A stretch of DNA of 64,000 nucleotides, from the NCBI GenBank assembly GCA_034780895.1, contig JAUZTB010000073.1, positions 10,223,658-10,287,657 on the forward strand. Reading direction: 5' to 3'. Origin of the DNA: Rhynchobatus australiae (Eukaryota). The position numbers and the translations under genes were made by a program. The notes below the pieces were generated by a model. The model was given only the letters and a program-made list of their open reading frames with translations, had not been told where the DNA came from and made no database searches. Below are positions 1 to 10,935 of this stretch, in pieces. Within the stretch, counting starts at the first letter, position 1. Every line of letters begins with the position of its first letter.

Positions 1-250
1 CAAGGCAGATCTGTGGGGTAAATTATTTTATACAGAGATTAGTGGGTGCCTGGAATGCGCAGCCTGGGGTGGTGATGGAGGCAGATATGATACAGGCATT
101 TAAGAGGTTTCTTAGATAGGCACCTGAATATGCAGAGAATGGAGGGACATGGACCATTTACCGGCAGAAGGGTTTAGGTGTCATTAGCTTAATTAGTTCA
201 GCACAACATCATGGGCTGTAAGGCCTGTTCTTGTGCTGTACTGTTCTATA
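1..250 (+). mobile_element. CR1-clade LINE (HER1-like) 3' end
   Basis: Encodes F.QRLVGAWNA.PGVVMEAD..AFK.FLDRH, the CR1 ORF2 C-terminus. Followed by the shark-type 3' tail gggctgtaaggcctgttcttgtgctgtactgttcta. Confidence 0.9.
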
Positions 251-911
251 TTATGTTTGTTCTATTCGAAAATGACATGATAAGAGCCACTTACTACAGA
301 TGAAGCTATAGAAAGCCTTGTTCTATGTATCTTAAAGTTCTAGGTTCATTTCTCAGTTTGATATGAATTTTATTGATCTTGGGAAGGGATTGGAGAGTAT
401 GAGATATACATTGTTAGCCAGTGCCTTCTGCTACAATGTGGACATGGGAGAAGATCGTGCACTCTTAAACCAGTATTAATGCTGGAGCTAAACCAGGTAA
501 CCTCTCACCACTTTCTTCTTTCAAGACCTTTATGGTGGTATACTGCAGTTGTCTAAAAATTCATTAATTTCCAGTAGTATTAATTGTGCGTGACGGAAAC
601 ATCAACCCATTCTGCTCTGTGAAAAGGATATATTCCATTAAAGTTGTGCACGTACAAGAGCATTTTTGGAAGGGATATTGTATTTAACCTCCAGCACATC
701 TCTTCTACTAAACTTGAAGTCCAGATCTTCTACCCCTGAGCAACCCTTAAAGCAAATTGTCAGGACATTACACCACCAGCAAATGGAAAAGCAGAAAACC
801 GATTTCCTTGTTACTTTCATTCAACTGCTCACTTTGTTCCAAACTGCTCAATCACAGTTTTCCATTCCATGATGAGAAGAGACCAGAGAAATTAAAGCAC
901 AAATTAACTGT

Positions 912-1059
912 TAGTTCAGGGAGACAAGAGCCCTGGTGGGTTATAGTATGACCCCCAGCACTGTATTCATTGTAGTGTTTTACAGGTGAGACATGCTCGA
1001 TGTGAAGGGAAGTGAATACGACCGTAACCGCTATTCAGTATGATGCCAGGTTTATATTG
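912..1059. repeat. Unclassified ~150-bp dispersed repeat, copy 1 (copy 2 at 13696-13850)
   Basis: Shared blocks ggtgggttatagtatgac, ctgtattcattg, tttacaggtgagacatgct, gatgtgaaggga and ttcagtatgatgccaggtttatattg occur in the same order and orientation in both copies. Confidence 0.9.
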
Positions 1060-2244
1060 CTAGTTCAGCCTCTTGCACAGTTGTGTCACTGCTGAAAGAA
1101 TTTTCCATCCAGCCCTGTCGAGGTGACTGCAGCTTCTCCTCTGCTGCCTCACTGAGGTTCAACATGACAATGAGATCTTCCTCAGGCTTCTCAGCCTCCC
1201 TCTAATCTGCCTCTCAGACTGTGCAAGGTTAAACTGATGCAAGCANNNNNNNNNNNNNNNNNNNNNNNNNNNNNNNNNNNNNNNNNNNNNNNNNNNNNNN
1301 NNNNNNNNNNNNNNNNNNNNNNNNNNNNNNNNNNNNNNNNNNNNNAAAATACTATTCAGTCAGTATGAAACTATTAATTCAAGGTTAAACTGATGCAAGC
1401 ATGGCAGTCTCCCGTTCACATGAGAGAGGTTAATAGTTGTGTTTTTTTCTATCTGGGTTAATTTAAATTATTTTAGTGTGGTTTTTATAATTATAAATGT
1501 AAAAATCAGTTTAATATTGCAGCAAGGTTTTCCTTTGTGCGTTTTTGCAGGCTTGAAAATGTCAAAGACGTTCACTTGCTCCATGACAACTACAAATGAT
1601 GACTTGAATTGGTGCAGACACAGACTGTTTGGCTGAACTGTTCGTGTTTGTGTTTATGAACCATGAGCCTAGGGACAGGGCCTTACCAGCTGGCAAAACC
1701 ATTCTGTGAGTGCAGCTGGTGCCTGTGTTGAGGTAACCCCTGAGCAGTACAGGGTCACACTGAAAGCACCAGGAGCTGGGGTCCTCATAGAAGACTCAGA
1801 CTAGAAAGGACAGTGGGGATAAGTGGCTATCAGTATTAGAGCAACAAAAGTTCTGTCTTGGCTCTGCTTTCATCTCCCAAACACCTTCTGCCCCACATCT
1901 TCTTCTCCCTCTCCACCCCTGTCTGCCTATTCCCTGCAGGTTTGCTAACACAGTCTAGGTTCATACAAGATGACATTGGCCATTTGCATGAGTAACAGGG
2001 GAAAGTCTAGTGTCTGCTTTCAAGAATTAGTAGCCATTCATTGGGAGGGGACACATGAATGACAATAATATGCATCTCTTTTTAATTCTTCATTTGTTGG
2101 ATTATTTTCATTGGAGAGTACCAGGTCACCATTCTTTGTCATATACACAATGTAAATGGAGATATCTCAGAGTAACCTGGTTTGTCATTTCTTTCCCTCT
2201 ACTTTTTCCCTGTCTTCTCACTTAGAATAGTAAGAACATTTTTT

Positions 2245-2640
2245 ATTCATTTTTGGAATGTGAATATTGCTGGAAAGGCCAGCATTTATTGCCCATGTTT
2301 AAGTACCCTTGAGATGGTGGTAGTGAGCCAAGTTCTTGAACAAATGTCGTCCTTCTGGTGAACGTAGAAAGAATGGCAATATATTTCCACATCAGCATGG
2401 TGTGCGTCTTGGAATGAAACATGCAGACAATGATATTCCAGCACAATTCTGTCCTTGTCCTTTGAACTGGGTATTGTGGGCTTGAAAGATGCTGTCAGAG
2501 TACACTCGGCCAGTTGGGGGACACCGCAGTTTGAAGATCATACTGTTATGGTGCACCAATGGTGAAGGGACTGCAATGGTATGATTTGAAGTGTGATGCA
2601 ACCCACAAGAACAATCACATTGCTAACAAGCCAGTCTTGA
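2245..2640 (-). mobile_element. L2/CR1-group LINE 3' end (tail shared with Meta-type SINEs)
   Basis: ggccagcatttattgcccat..cccttgagatggtgg..gagcc..tcttgaac is the reverse complement of the common shark tail ctcaagggcaattagggatgggcaataaatgctggcc. Confidence 0.75.
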
Positions 2641-2864
2641 GGAATGTGATGGTTCAGGCAGATTTTATTCTTAATAGCTTCAAATGAAATGAATGATAAT
2701 TTGAACTTGTGTAGACAAAAATAGTTTTGCTCAGTTGTCCATGTACCACACAAAGCTTCTTCTCCTACTTTGTATCTAAATACAAACGTCTGAGTGTAAA
2801 ATGAACAGTTTATCCATCTTTCCATTAAATTCATCTGTGTTATTTGCCTCAATTGCTCCTTATG

Positions 2865-2990
2865 CTAGAGTTTCACAATCTCATCACCCTTTGGGCGAAG
2901 AAATTTCTCCTGAATTCTCTTGTGGGTGAGCGACCATCTTATATTTATGGTCCCTGGTTTTGGTCTGTCCATGAGAGGTTATATTTTTTC
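2865..2990 (-). mobile_element. Short degenerate CR1 fragment
   Basis: tcacaatctcatcaccctttgggcgaagaaatttctcctgaattc is the reverse of the RRNFF.QRV..LWN motif. Confidence 0.6.
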
Positions 2991-4029
2991 TTGATTTTCA
3001 CAGTGGGTTGGGAGGGATGAAAGTTGAGTAAAATCACTTTGGTTTAACTTTATCACGTGTACAAAGCAGTGCAAGATGCTAAAAAATGAAAAATGTAATC
3101 TCATCACACACTCTTTTTAAAAAAAAACAGACAGACCTTCTCTGTGAACTCACACAAATTCTCTGTGAACTCATACAACATACAAACTTCAGATCTCTTT
3201 GGATTTGCTTGAATAATTGATGATGTGGTTCTACATTGCCATGAACAATTATGACAGCCACTTGTTGAAAGTTCTTCATCGAGCACAGACGATCAGAATG
3301 ACAGCTGAATTTTCTTTAAGAAAAGAAACAAAGATTCATCAGGCTTTGAGGTGCTAAGTTTTGATAAAAAAACATTTTCATAACAATGCAGAGGGTTATT
3401 GAAGATGGCTACTTGTAATGCTCTCTGTAGGTCACAAATAAATTGCACTTCAGTGGAGGCTGTATTTTTCCATGTAGTTTATGAAATTATCTTTAATCCA
3501 ACACTCTTAACACTGTTGATACTTCGATCATCATTCTTCTGGCCTTTTGTTCTTGCTCCTCAAGAAACTTCATGGTCTACCTCCTCACCATGTTCTATAT
3601 ATTAACATTCGGATTAAAATAATGGCTTTTTGCACCGTCTCTAAGTATAATCTGTTAATTTCCAGTGCCTGAAAATAAGGGGTTTCCTCACCTCATTCCA
3701 TCTTCCGTTCCTCCTCATCTGGCCACCAATCCCTTGCACAATCTTGGCAGGGCTGTGTACACAATTTTCCATGCAATAAAGAAAGTCACACCAGATATCA
3801 GTTTGTGGTCACAAAATTCAGCAGCACAATGTCCACTGTTTGGAAGCAGCATATGTCCATAGCGATTAAGTACGAGTTGTGCAGGCTGCCACATTGGAAA
3901 GGTGTTTGTACCAGTGACGTTAATGCTCACCGATTGTATGCCATCTATTATCTTCAACATTGATCGAATGACAGCATTTCCCATTTGTTCCAATTAACAT
4001 TCCCGACAAGTCCACGTGTTAACCTGCTT

Positions 4030-4680
4030 CTTCTCTTCTGAGGCATCCCCCTGCGTCAAGGGTGACTGGCTTTCACTACAGTCCTGCAGGTCCTGAGATG
4101 GCTGAAGAATCCAATAGATGGGGTAAGAAGTACTCGATGGGGTGGACAGGTGTGTAATTTAGAAGGTGGCGTGTCCCGATAGCTGTTTTCACTGGGTTTT
4201 TGTGTGGTCATCAGAAAGAGACTGGAGGTTCTCAGTGCCATTCTGGATGCTCTTTCACCATTTTGAGCACGGATCTGAAAAAATCAGGGGAGATGCTGCA
4301 TATTTTCAATGAGGCTTCGAGAATATCTTTGACGTGTCTCCTCCTCTGTCCAGCTGGTAATCTCTTGCTGTGACAGCTCTCTGTCTGCCTGTTTTGGAGT
4401 GTGGTATCAGGCGTGTGTATAAAGTGTAAAGTAAACACAGAAAATGCTAGAAATACATTAGGCCACATCTGTGGAAGAGAAATAGAATGAATATTTCAGG
4501 TCAAAGAGTCTTCAGTCTGAAATATTAACTTTGTTTCTCTTCCCACAGACATGGCCTGACCTACTGTGTATTTCCAGCATTCTCTGTTCTTATTTTAGAT
4601 TTCCAGCATCTGCAGTGCTTTCGATTTTCACTTATATTTGAATGAACTGGTCCACCCATTGGAGCTGGCTGAGATAACCC
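4030..4680 (-). mobile_element. RTE-clade LINE 3' fragment, split by a foldback insertion at ~4418-4636
   Basis: Minus strand reads SQLQWVDQFIQ | PDTTLQNRQTESCHSKRLPAGQRRRHVKDILEASLKICSI. This resembles the RTE ORF C-terminus QLRWAGHVVRMPD.RLPKQ....HGKR..GGQRKRFKD.LKASLK. Confidence 0.8.
4418..4636. mobile_element. Palindromic (foldback) element derived from Penelope-like element termini
   Basis: Left arm cagaaaatgctagaaatac..ggccacatctgtggaagagaaa..atatttcag pairs with right arm ctgaaatat..tttctcttcccacagacatggcc..gtatttccagcattctctg. Confidence 0.8.
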
Positions 4681-4789
4681 CCCACAACAGGAAGTATCCT
4701 CTGCCCATGAAAGGAATCATCAATTATTTATAGGCTGGTTGCTAACTGATTATTAAAGAACATTGCTTCAACTCTTTGAATGAAGCTTC

Positions 4790-5330
4790 CAGGCTGTTAA
4801 AAGTTGAAGAGGAAGGAGCAGCAAGGAGAGGGATTTCTCAGTCATTAGCCTTATCCACAGCCTTCAGGAAGCAACTTTTATACCTGAACTTCAGGGCAGA
4901 ATCGTGCAAGTGGAGTCTTCAGTAAGGGTGCCATTGTTGAAAAATGCAATGTGCTCCAGCCATGACTCAGCAGTGAAGTCTTACCAATAACTAATGATCA
5001 TGAAATTCTTGGCATCGTTCCATCCAGGCTGGAGCTGTGGATATCTACACGATATCCCACTTTCTCATATACTGAAGTGTGCGGGAGTGTAAAGGGATTT
5101 TCTGCGTTAATTTTCTCCCTTGCCAGATAACAGTTGGTGGAATGAGTACATGGTTTTGTCAGGATTATGGGATTCTCATAACGTTGGATACATTGACTTG
5201 CACGTGTATTGCATTTCAACAGCAGATGCCAATGAGATGTACCATCACTGGAAGACAAGCCACACCTCCATTCTCAAGCTAGTGTGTGACTATGCAATGT
5301 GTCAAGGTCATATCTTGGCTTTTCATATCC
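4790..5330 (+). pseudogene. Decayed PIF/Harbinger (HARBI1-like, DDE_Tnp_4) transposase
   Basis: Across stops and frameshifts it reads FRKQLLYLNF, QAGAVDIYTISHF, FSLAR*Q..E*VHGFVRIMGFS, ID-CT.IAF, EMYHHWKTSHTSILKLVCDY. Harbinger motifs for comparison: SFQ..GDI..ISQ, GF..IAGFP.V.GAIDCTH, Y.NRKG.HSLNVQLVCD. Confidence 0.8.
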
Positions 5331-5894
5331 ACAGCATCCACACAAGTGAAGAGCCAATCCACGAGGCAACTGGCTCATGATTCCAGCATTCCACCAATGC
5401 ACATAAGAAGAGGGTACATACAATGAATGTCNNNNNNNNNNNNNNNNNNNNNNNNNNNNNNNNNNNNNNNNNNNNNNNNNNNNNNNNNNNNNNNNNNNNN
5501 NNNNNNNNNNNNNNNNNNNNNNNNNNNNNNNCAATGAATGTCATGCTGCCACATGCAGACTGATACTATTAAGTTACTCCAACAGTCATTCTGCTACCTA
5601 GCAGAGCTCTGCAGTAGTTGGTAGAACATATCTCAGGTGTTATAGGGGACCCACAGTAGGTTGCACAACCTCGTTACTGGAGCAGGAAGAGCGGGAGAAA
5701 AAGGAAAGAAGTAATCTGGACATCCCCTTTCTCAAGCTCAGTGGACTACGCTACCAATATACACAATCCTGATTTTACAATCAACTGGAGTTCACCTCCA
5801 TCTTGAAACATAGCAGCAGATTTATGGTCCATGAAGCTACAGCCTCTCCTCTCAGGGTGATGTCTCAGCAATCCTGGTATCCTTGGAGGTCAGG

Positions 5895-5990
5895 GTGTAG
5901 ACTGCTGTGAGATTCAACAAGCCCTTCTTTACACCAGTGTCTCAAGCTATGATGGTGTTGCAGCCCACTGCACAACCCAGGCACTTATTG
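5895..5990 (+). pseudogene. Possible C-terminal remnant of the Harbinger transposase
   Basis: gcccttctttacacc...ctgcacaac (ALLYT..LHN) resembles the terminal GALQY.P..V..II..CC.LHN motif. Heavily decayed. Confidence 0.35.
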
Positions 5991-6559
5991 CTTGTGTTGC
6001 AGTGAAAGCCAGGTTACATTGACGTGTGTCAATGGAATTGCCAAACACTTCAGTGCTCTGTAAAAATCCTTTGAAACTGAACTCTCCAAGCTCCTTGACA
6101 TTGCACATTGGCTTTCTGGCAGAACCAACAATGCACAAAACATTTCAGTTGGAATATCTCTCAACCATCTCCTATAGAAAAGACCACAAGTGTTCCCTTC
6201 TAGGTCTTGAAGGTAGAATTCATACACAGGTTGGCATCAGAGATTCCTTTTCCTCATGCCTCAGCTGTTGATCTTTTATTCACAATGATTGCCAAACATA
6301 TTTTCTATCTATAAGCAAACTTCTACAAAATTATCAGTTTCTGAGCTGCAAATGCGAGTGTTTCTTTCACCTCCACTTTCATCTTGTTCTGTTACTACCA
6401 GGCTAGGCTGCAGTTCTTGGCTGTCCACAAGGGAGACGAGCAAGCTTATGATGAGAGAAGTCGGGTGTGATAGTAAAATAAGACTTCACATTCACACCAT
6501 CAGAAGAGATTATGGGATAAGGAGAAAGTGGGATATGAAAAGAGGAAATGGTAAAAAGC

Positions 6560-7150
6560 CCATCATCCTCCCTATGGTCTAATATCTGCTGTTGGCCATC
6601 AAAGCCATCTTCATTGCTCCACTGATGGTGAGCATTCTCTCCTCCAATGGAATGAGGTAATAAAAGTGCATTTATTCCCCCACCGCTTACATGCTGTTGC
6701 CACATGTGTGTTGTCATGGTCCGCAGGAGTGCTGGGGAGAGTTGGATTGAATGTTGTGTCTTTCAAAGTTGAATAGCTTTAATGTGTGCAACTTCCAAAG
6801 ATGTGTATTTAAGGCTTGGAGACGGTAAGTGAGATCGGATAGGACCCTGATCTGACTGTTAGGGATTATTGGAATGTGAGTTTGAGCTCAAAGTGTGATG
6901 ATGATGGTGGAGCTGCTGGAATTTGAGACTTTCCTGCACTTCACCATGTTTAGCCGCCCACTGAAAGCGCTGCAGAACTGCATCCAGATCCTTGAGGTTT
7001 GGTTCTTCTCATTGACCAACGCAGCTTTCGCCTCTCACTGCCTTTTGAACAAATATCTGGAGAGTCTCCTGGTCCTCTTTGCCTCGTCCAACAAATCCTC
7101 CAGTGTGGCATCTGAAAATGGTGGGGTTTATTCTCTGCATTGTGTGCCGT
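6560..7150 (-). pseudogene. Decayed Myb/SANT-like DNA-binding gene of the same Harbinger element (two exon remnants)
   Basis: 6939-7125 minus reads PFSDATLEDLLDEAKRTRRLSRYLFKRQ*EAKAALVNEKNQTSRIWMQFCSAFSGRLNMVK, Myb_DNA-bind_5-like (RFS...LE.L...R...W..IA..VN.....RT..QC.K.FNDL..VK). 6600-6717 reads HMWQQHVSGGG (TGGG motif). Confidence 0.75.
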
Positions 7151-7919
7151 GTATCTCCTGGCAAGTACATCCTCTTCTGCCACCTTCTGCAGCCATAGTA
7201 GACTGCCCTTTAAGAGGTCCTGCCTGGCTTTAACCTGAACTGGTGCCAGGCACTCAGGTGGACCACTAGTTGATGCAAAAAGATAAGGAACCTTGTGGGT
7301 TGCACTGGCTGGAGGTAAACATCATTATAATGAGCCAATTGAACAGTAGGGTCTGGGCCAGAATGCATGGGCACGGGTTAATCGCAGTCCAATCCTTATT
7401 CCTGTTTTCAGGGGCAATCCATTGTATCTTTGTGCGCTTATCGGTAGGACGTGTTTGACAACTGCTATCAACTAAAAGCACAGACACAGTCGGCAGTGGA
7501 ATGATGTATTGAATTTGGAGCAAGCAGTTCTGCTTCCACTGAGTGGTGGGACATGCTTAATTTATCACGTTAATAAATTCCCAACCTCAAGTTGTCACCG
7601 TGGGGAGATACTAAAGAGTACCTCCTTATGGGGCGAGCACTGGAAGAGATGGAGCAGTTATCCCCAGTCTGAAAGCAGTGCACTGACAAAAAAAAATGAC
7701 AAGCAGCCTGTTTTTATTCTTGCATGTATTTAGTGAAGGTTGAGGGTAATATACAAACCATGAACGGAGTGAAATCGCACAGATAATTAACAGAATCTAT
7801 TGTGAGAGTAATAAATACACTGGTTTAATTGCAGCAATATTTTCAATTTGATGGAACACTTTCTAAATTGCACAAGAAAAATATACTTTCTATGGATTTC
7901 ATCTGAGTTACTCGACAGT

Positions 7920-8383
7920 ATCATCTGTGGAGGATCATTAAGAAAATATGCAGTGGCTGGTCTGAAAATAGCTTTGTATTTGTGGATCTCATGCTCTCCT
8001 TTGCTGTCTTGTTTTGTTCACTCCTGTCTTCATTTCTTTTTGCCAGTTGCTCTGGGTTACCTTCTGCAGTATTTGCAGATTTCCAAACAACAGGAACTGA
8101 ATCAATATGGCAGGCATTGGAATGCAGGTCCCACTTGGAGCTGTATGCAGATTGTCCCAACATGAGAGAATTTAAGAATTTTACAACTAGCAGCTCTGTC
8201 TGAATTGAGTCTCCAATGCAGTGGAGGAAACATTTGTCCTTGGCAACATAGGTTAAATATGTGATATAACTAGTGTATGTTGTACACTGCTTCAGAAATA
8301 GTTCCATTGACTTCAGTGAGGAGGACAAATGTAATGTACAGATGTTATTATATTGTGTATTGGCAAGGATAAAATTCTACCCC
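7920..8383 (-). mobile_element. Possible 5' end of a second Harbinger-type relic
   Basis: Ends in aaaattctacccc, which resembles shark Harbinger terminal repeats. Weak resemblance to the transposase N-terminus on the minus strand. Confidence 0.3.
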
Positions 8384-8408
8384 AATTTGGGAAGACACCA
8401 TAATTTCC

Positions 8409-9363
8409 TGTGGCGTTCACCTTAAACACATAATAGTATGCACGTCACTCACACGACAAATAAAGCATGAGACAAAATCCACATTACCTTATGTATTAAA
8501 ACAGGACTCAGGTTCTTTTGTGTTCCTTTTCAATGACAGAATCGGTAATGAAAGACACTGCAAATTTCATGAAAAATTTGAGCAACTTTATTTAACACAA
8601 CTAAAAACAACTAATCACAAAGGAAACTACAGCTCTAACCACAAATCTAATGGAACCATAAATCTAATCTAACCCTAATTAAAAGAAACAAGAACAAAAA
8701 CCCAAACTCTCTCACTTGACACTTCCCTGGTAAAGCGAGCTCACGTTTTCAGTTCTCTGTGATATTTATCGGCATCCAGTACTTAGCAACGTTGCGTTCT
8801 CTGCTACTCAGTCTGTCGCCGAAGGGGAGCCCTGGGCTACTTCAGCAAGATGTGAAGGGGATTGACAGTTGCCAGGTGTTGGCCGCGAACTAACCCGTGG
8901 AGAGGCTTCAAAGGACCCTCTTGCGGGGCGCATCTTTATAGTCAAGGAGGGCTTTGTGCCCTGTTTGGTCCGAACGTAACAAAGGATTCCACACCTTTGC
9001 TGAACCTTCCTGTTGTTTTCCAGAATCTCATCAGTCATTAGTGGAGAAAAATTCCACTGTCGATGAACAGATAAAAATTCCGATTTTCCAGAGGNNNNNN
9101 NNNNNNNNNNNNNNNNNGTAGCCGAGAAAGGTTTGTGACGAACTCCAACAAAGCCCTGGGATCTTGTCTGATCGTATCGCTTGGCTGAAGCAGACCCTGA
9201 CTGTTTTGCAAAGCTGCCCGTTTAACTGCACCTGATTAATTCTTAATAGTCCTAGACAAATAGTCCAAACAGAGAAAGATGCTTCTTTTAACCCTTAAGT
9301 GACATCCAGCCATTGGTAGCTGTTGCAACAGGGAAATCATTGATTGTTTTTCATCTTACCACA
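8409..9363 (-). mobile_element. Putative solo LTR
   Basis: TGTGG...CCACA inverted termini. Minus-strand TATAAA-like box (~8935-8940) lies upstream of AATAAA (8587-8592). CpG-richer than flanks. No matching target-site duplication seen. Confidence 0.6.
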
Positions 9364-10267
9364 CCTTAAATATCTACCCAAGGGCCTGACTTGGCTGACT
9401 TTTTTTTCCCAAGACTTACTGAAACTGTATGAAACAGCAAAACATCGATGTGGAAGGTAGCCCCAAGCATTAATATGACAAAGGTATTCATTTCAGGAAA
9501 TAGCAAACTCCCCTTCCCACACTCCCACCCTCTTCCTCCACTACCTGCTTCCCTGGCTTTCCCTAAGATGGATGATCACAGCTGGTGAATTAAATGCAGT
9601 CTGCAATGGACTTCAATATTTTTCATTCATAGAATGTAAATGCGGCTAATTTCCTGTTCTAGATTGGTTTTCTCATGAACACTCAGGAATACACACGGGA
9701 GGAGACAGAAGAGCAGATCCAGGCTAAATTGCGATTGCATCTGCGGTTAAATATACCTCAATGCTTGAATGGCTCCTTGGGTGAGAATTGTTAGAGAGGG
9801 AGAGAGGAGATATATAAAACCAAATTGAAACTACAATGATTGGTTTAAGGAGATTTTTCAAGTTAATAAGAGGCCATTGTCACATAGGGATAGTTTCAAA
9901 GCTGCCGCTTGCAACAGAGGTACTATTCTGATAACTTATGAAGTTTGTGTGGCAAATATTATTTGTTTTGTTTTAACTGATCTTAAAAAAAAGCAATGAT
10001 AACAGAATGTAACAAGCACAGTCAATATCAATAGGGAATTTAAACAAGCATTACAGTAAATGTGTGGGCACTGTGCCAAACTTGTAATAAAATAATGGCT
10101 GGGGTATAAGCAGAGAACAGGCAGTGAATTCTTGTAACACTTAATCCATTAAAAAATTACCCTATATTTTGCTTTGACATTCATCAACCCGTTCTTCGTG
10201 GGCTTATGATGGTAGAACACTGAATATCAAATGTATGATTGTGTGAATGCAAATGCTCATGTGTCTG

Positions 10268-10370
10268 TGTCAATGTGGTCTTAACTGTGTCCTCAGTTCA
10301 GGGGCAATTAGGAGCAGACAATGAATGCTTGCAGCATCAGTGATACCCTCATCCCCCACAAGAATAAACA
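10268..10370 (+). mobile_element. Meta-type (MESC-like) SINE 3' fragment
   Basis: caatgtggtcttaactg..ctcagttcaggggcaattagg..caatgaatgct..catccc..gaataaa. Confidence 0.6.
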
Positions 10371-10506
10371 AACTCATACCCCGTACAAAGGCATTTAACC
10401 AAATTATTTACTGAATTTCCACAATTAGGGAAGCAAGTTATGGGAAGAGCAACTCTGAGGAGTTCAGAAAACAAAACGTAGAGATTACCACGTGCAAATT
10501 GTAAAA

Positions 10507-10790
10507 TATCTTTATTAGTCATATGTACATCGAAACACACAGACGCACCTTTTGCGTCGAGTGTTCTGGGCACAGCCCGCAAGTGTCGCCACGCTTCCAG
10601 CGCCAACATAGCATGCCCAAAATTCCTAACCTGTACGTCTTTGGAATGTGGAAGGAAACTGGAGCACCCAGAGGAAACCTGCGCAGAGACAGGGAGAACG
10701 TACAGACTCCTTATAGACAGTGGCCAAAATTGAACCCAGGTCTCTGGCACTGTCGTAGCATTATGCTAACCGCTGCACTATTGTTCCTGC
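10507..10790 (-). mobile_element. tRNA-derived V-SINE (HE1-like head and V domain, L2-type tail)
   Basis: Reverse V domain gtctttggaatgtggaaggaaactggagcacccagaggaaacc..cagggagaacgtacagactcc. Reversed B box aattgaaccc and A box gctaaccgctgc. Confidence 0.9.
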
Positions 10791-10825
10791 ATCTTAACAC
10801 TCAACACATGAATGTCACATTGTAA

Positions 10826-10935
10826 GTGAAAAGCAAAAAAAAAACACATTTCTGGAAATCTGAAAGAAAAATATAAAATGCTGGAAATACTCAGCAGGTT
10901 AGGTCATGTCTGTGGGAAGGGAGACAGATAGAAGT
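10826..10935. mobile_element. Half copy of Penelope-derived terminal repeat
   Basis: ctggaaatctgaaagaaaaatataaaatgctggaaatactcagcaggttagg..tctgtgg. Confidence 0.75.

Noticed and set aside
1224-1401. Direct repeats flanking 100-N gaps (also 5421-5542, 21309-21487, 53880-53998, 60953-61217)
   Set aside because: Identical or near-identical sequence on both sides of fixed-size gaps indicates unmerged contig overlaps, not real duplications.
3138-3178. Small tandem duplications (21-bp here; similar ones at 32108-32136 and 37253-37283)
   Set aside because: Ordinary slippage duplications with no further structure.
4894-4903. gggcagaatc as a possible Harbinger left TIR
   Set aside because: It lies inside the transposase-like reading frame (YLNFRAESC), so it is not a terminus.
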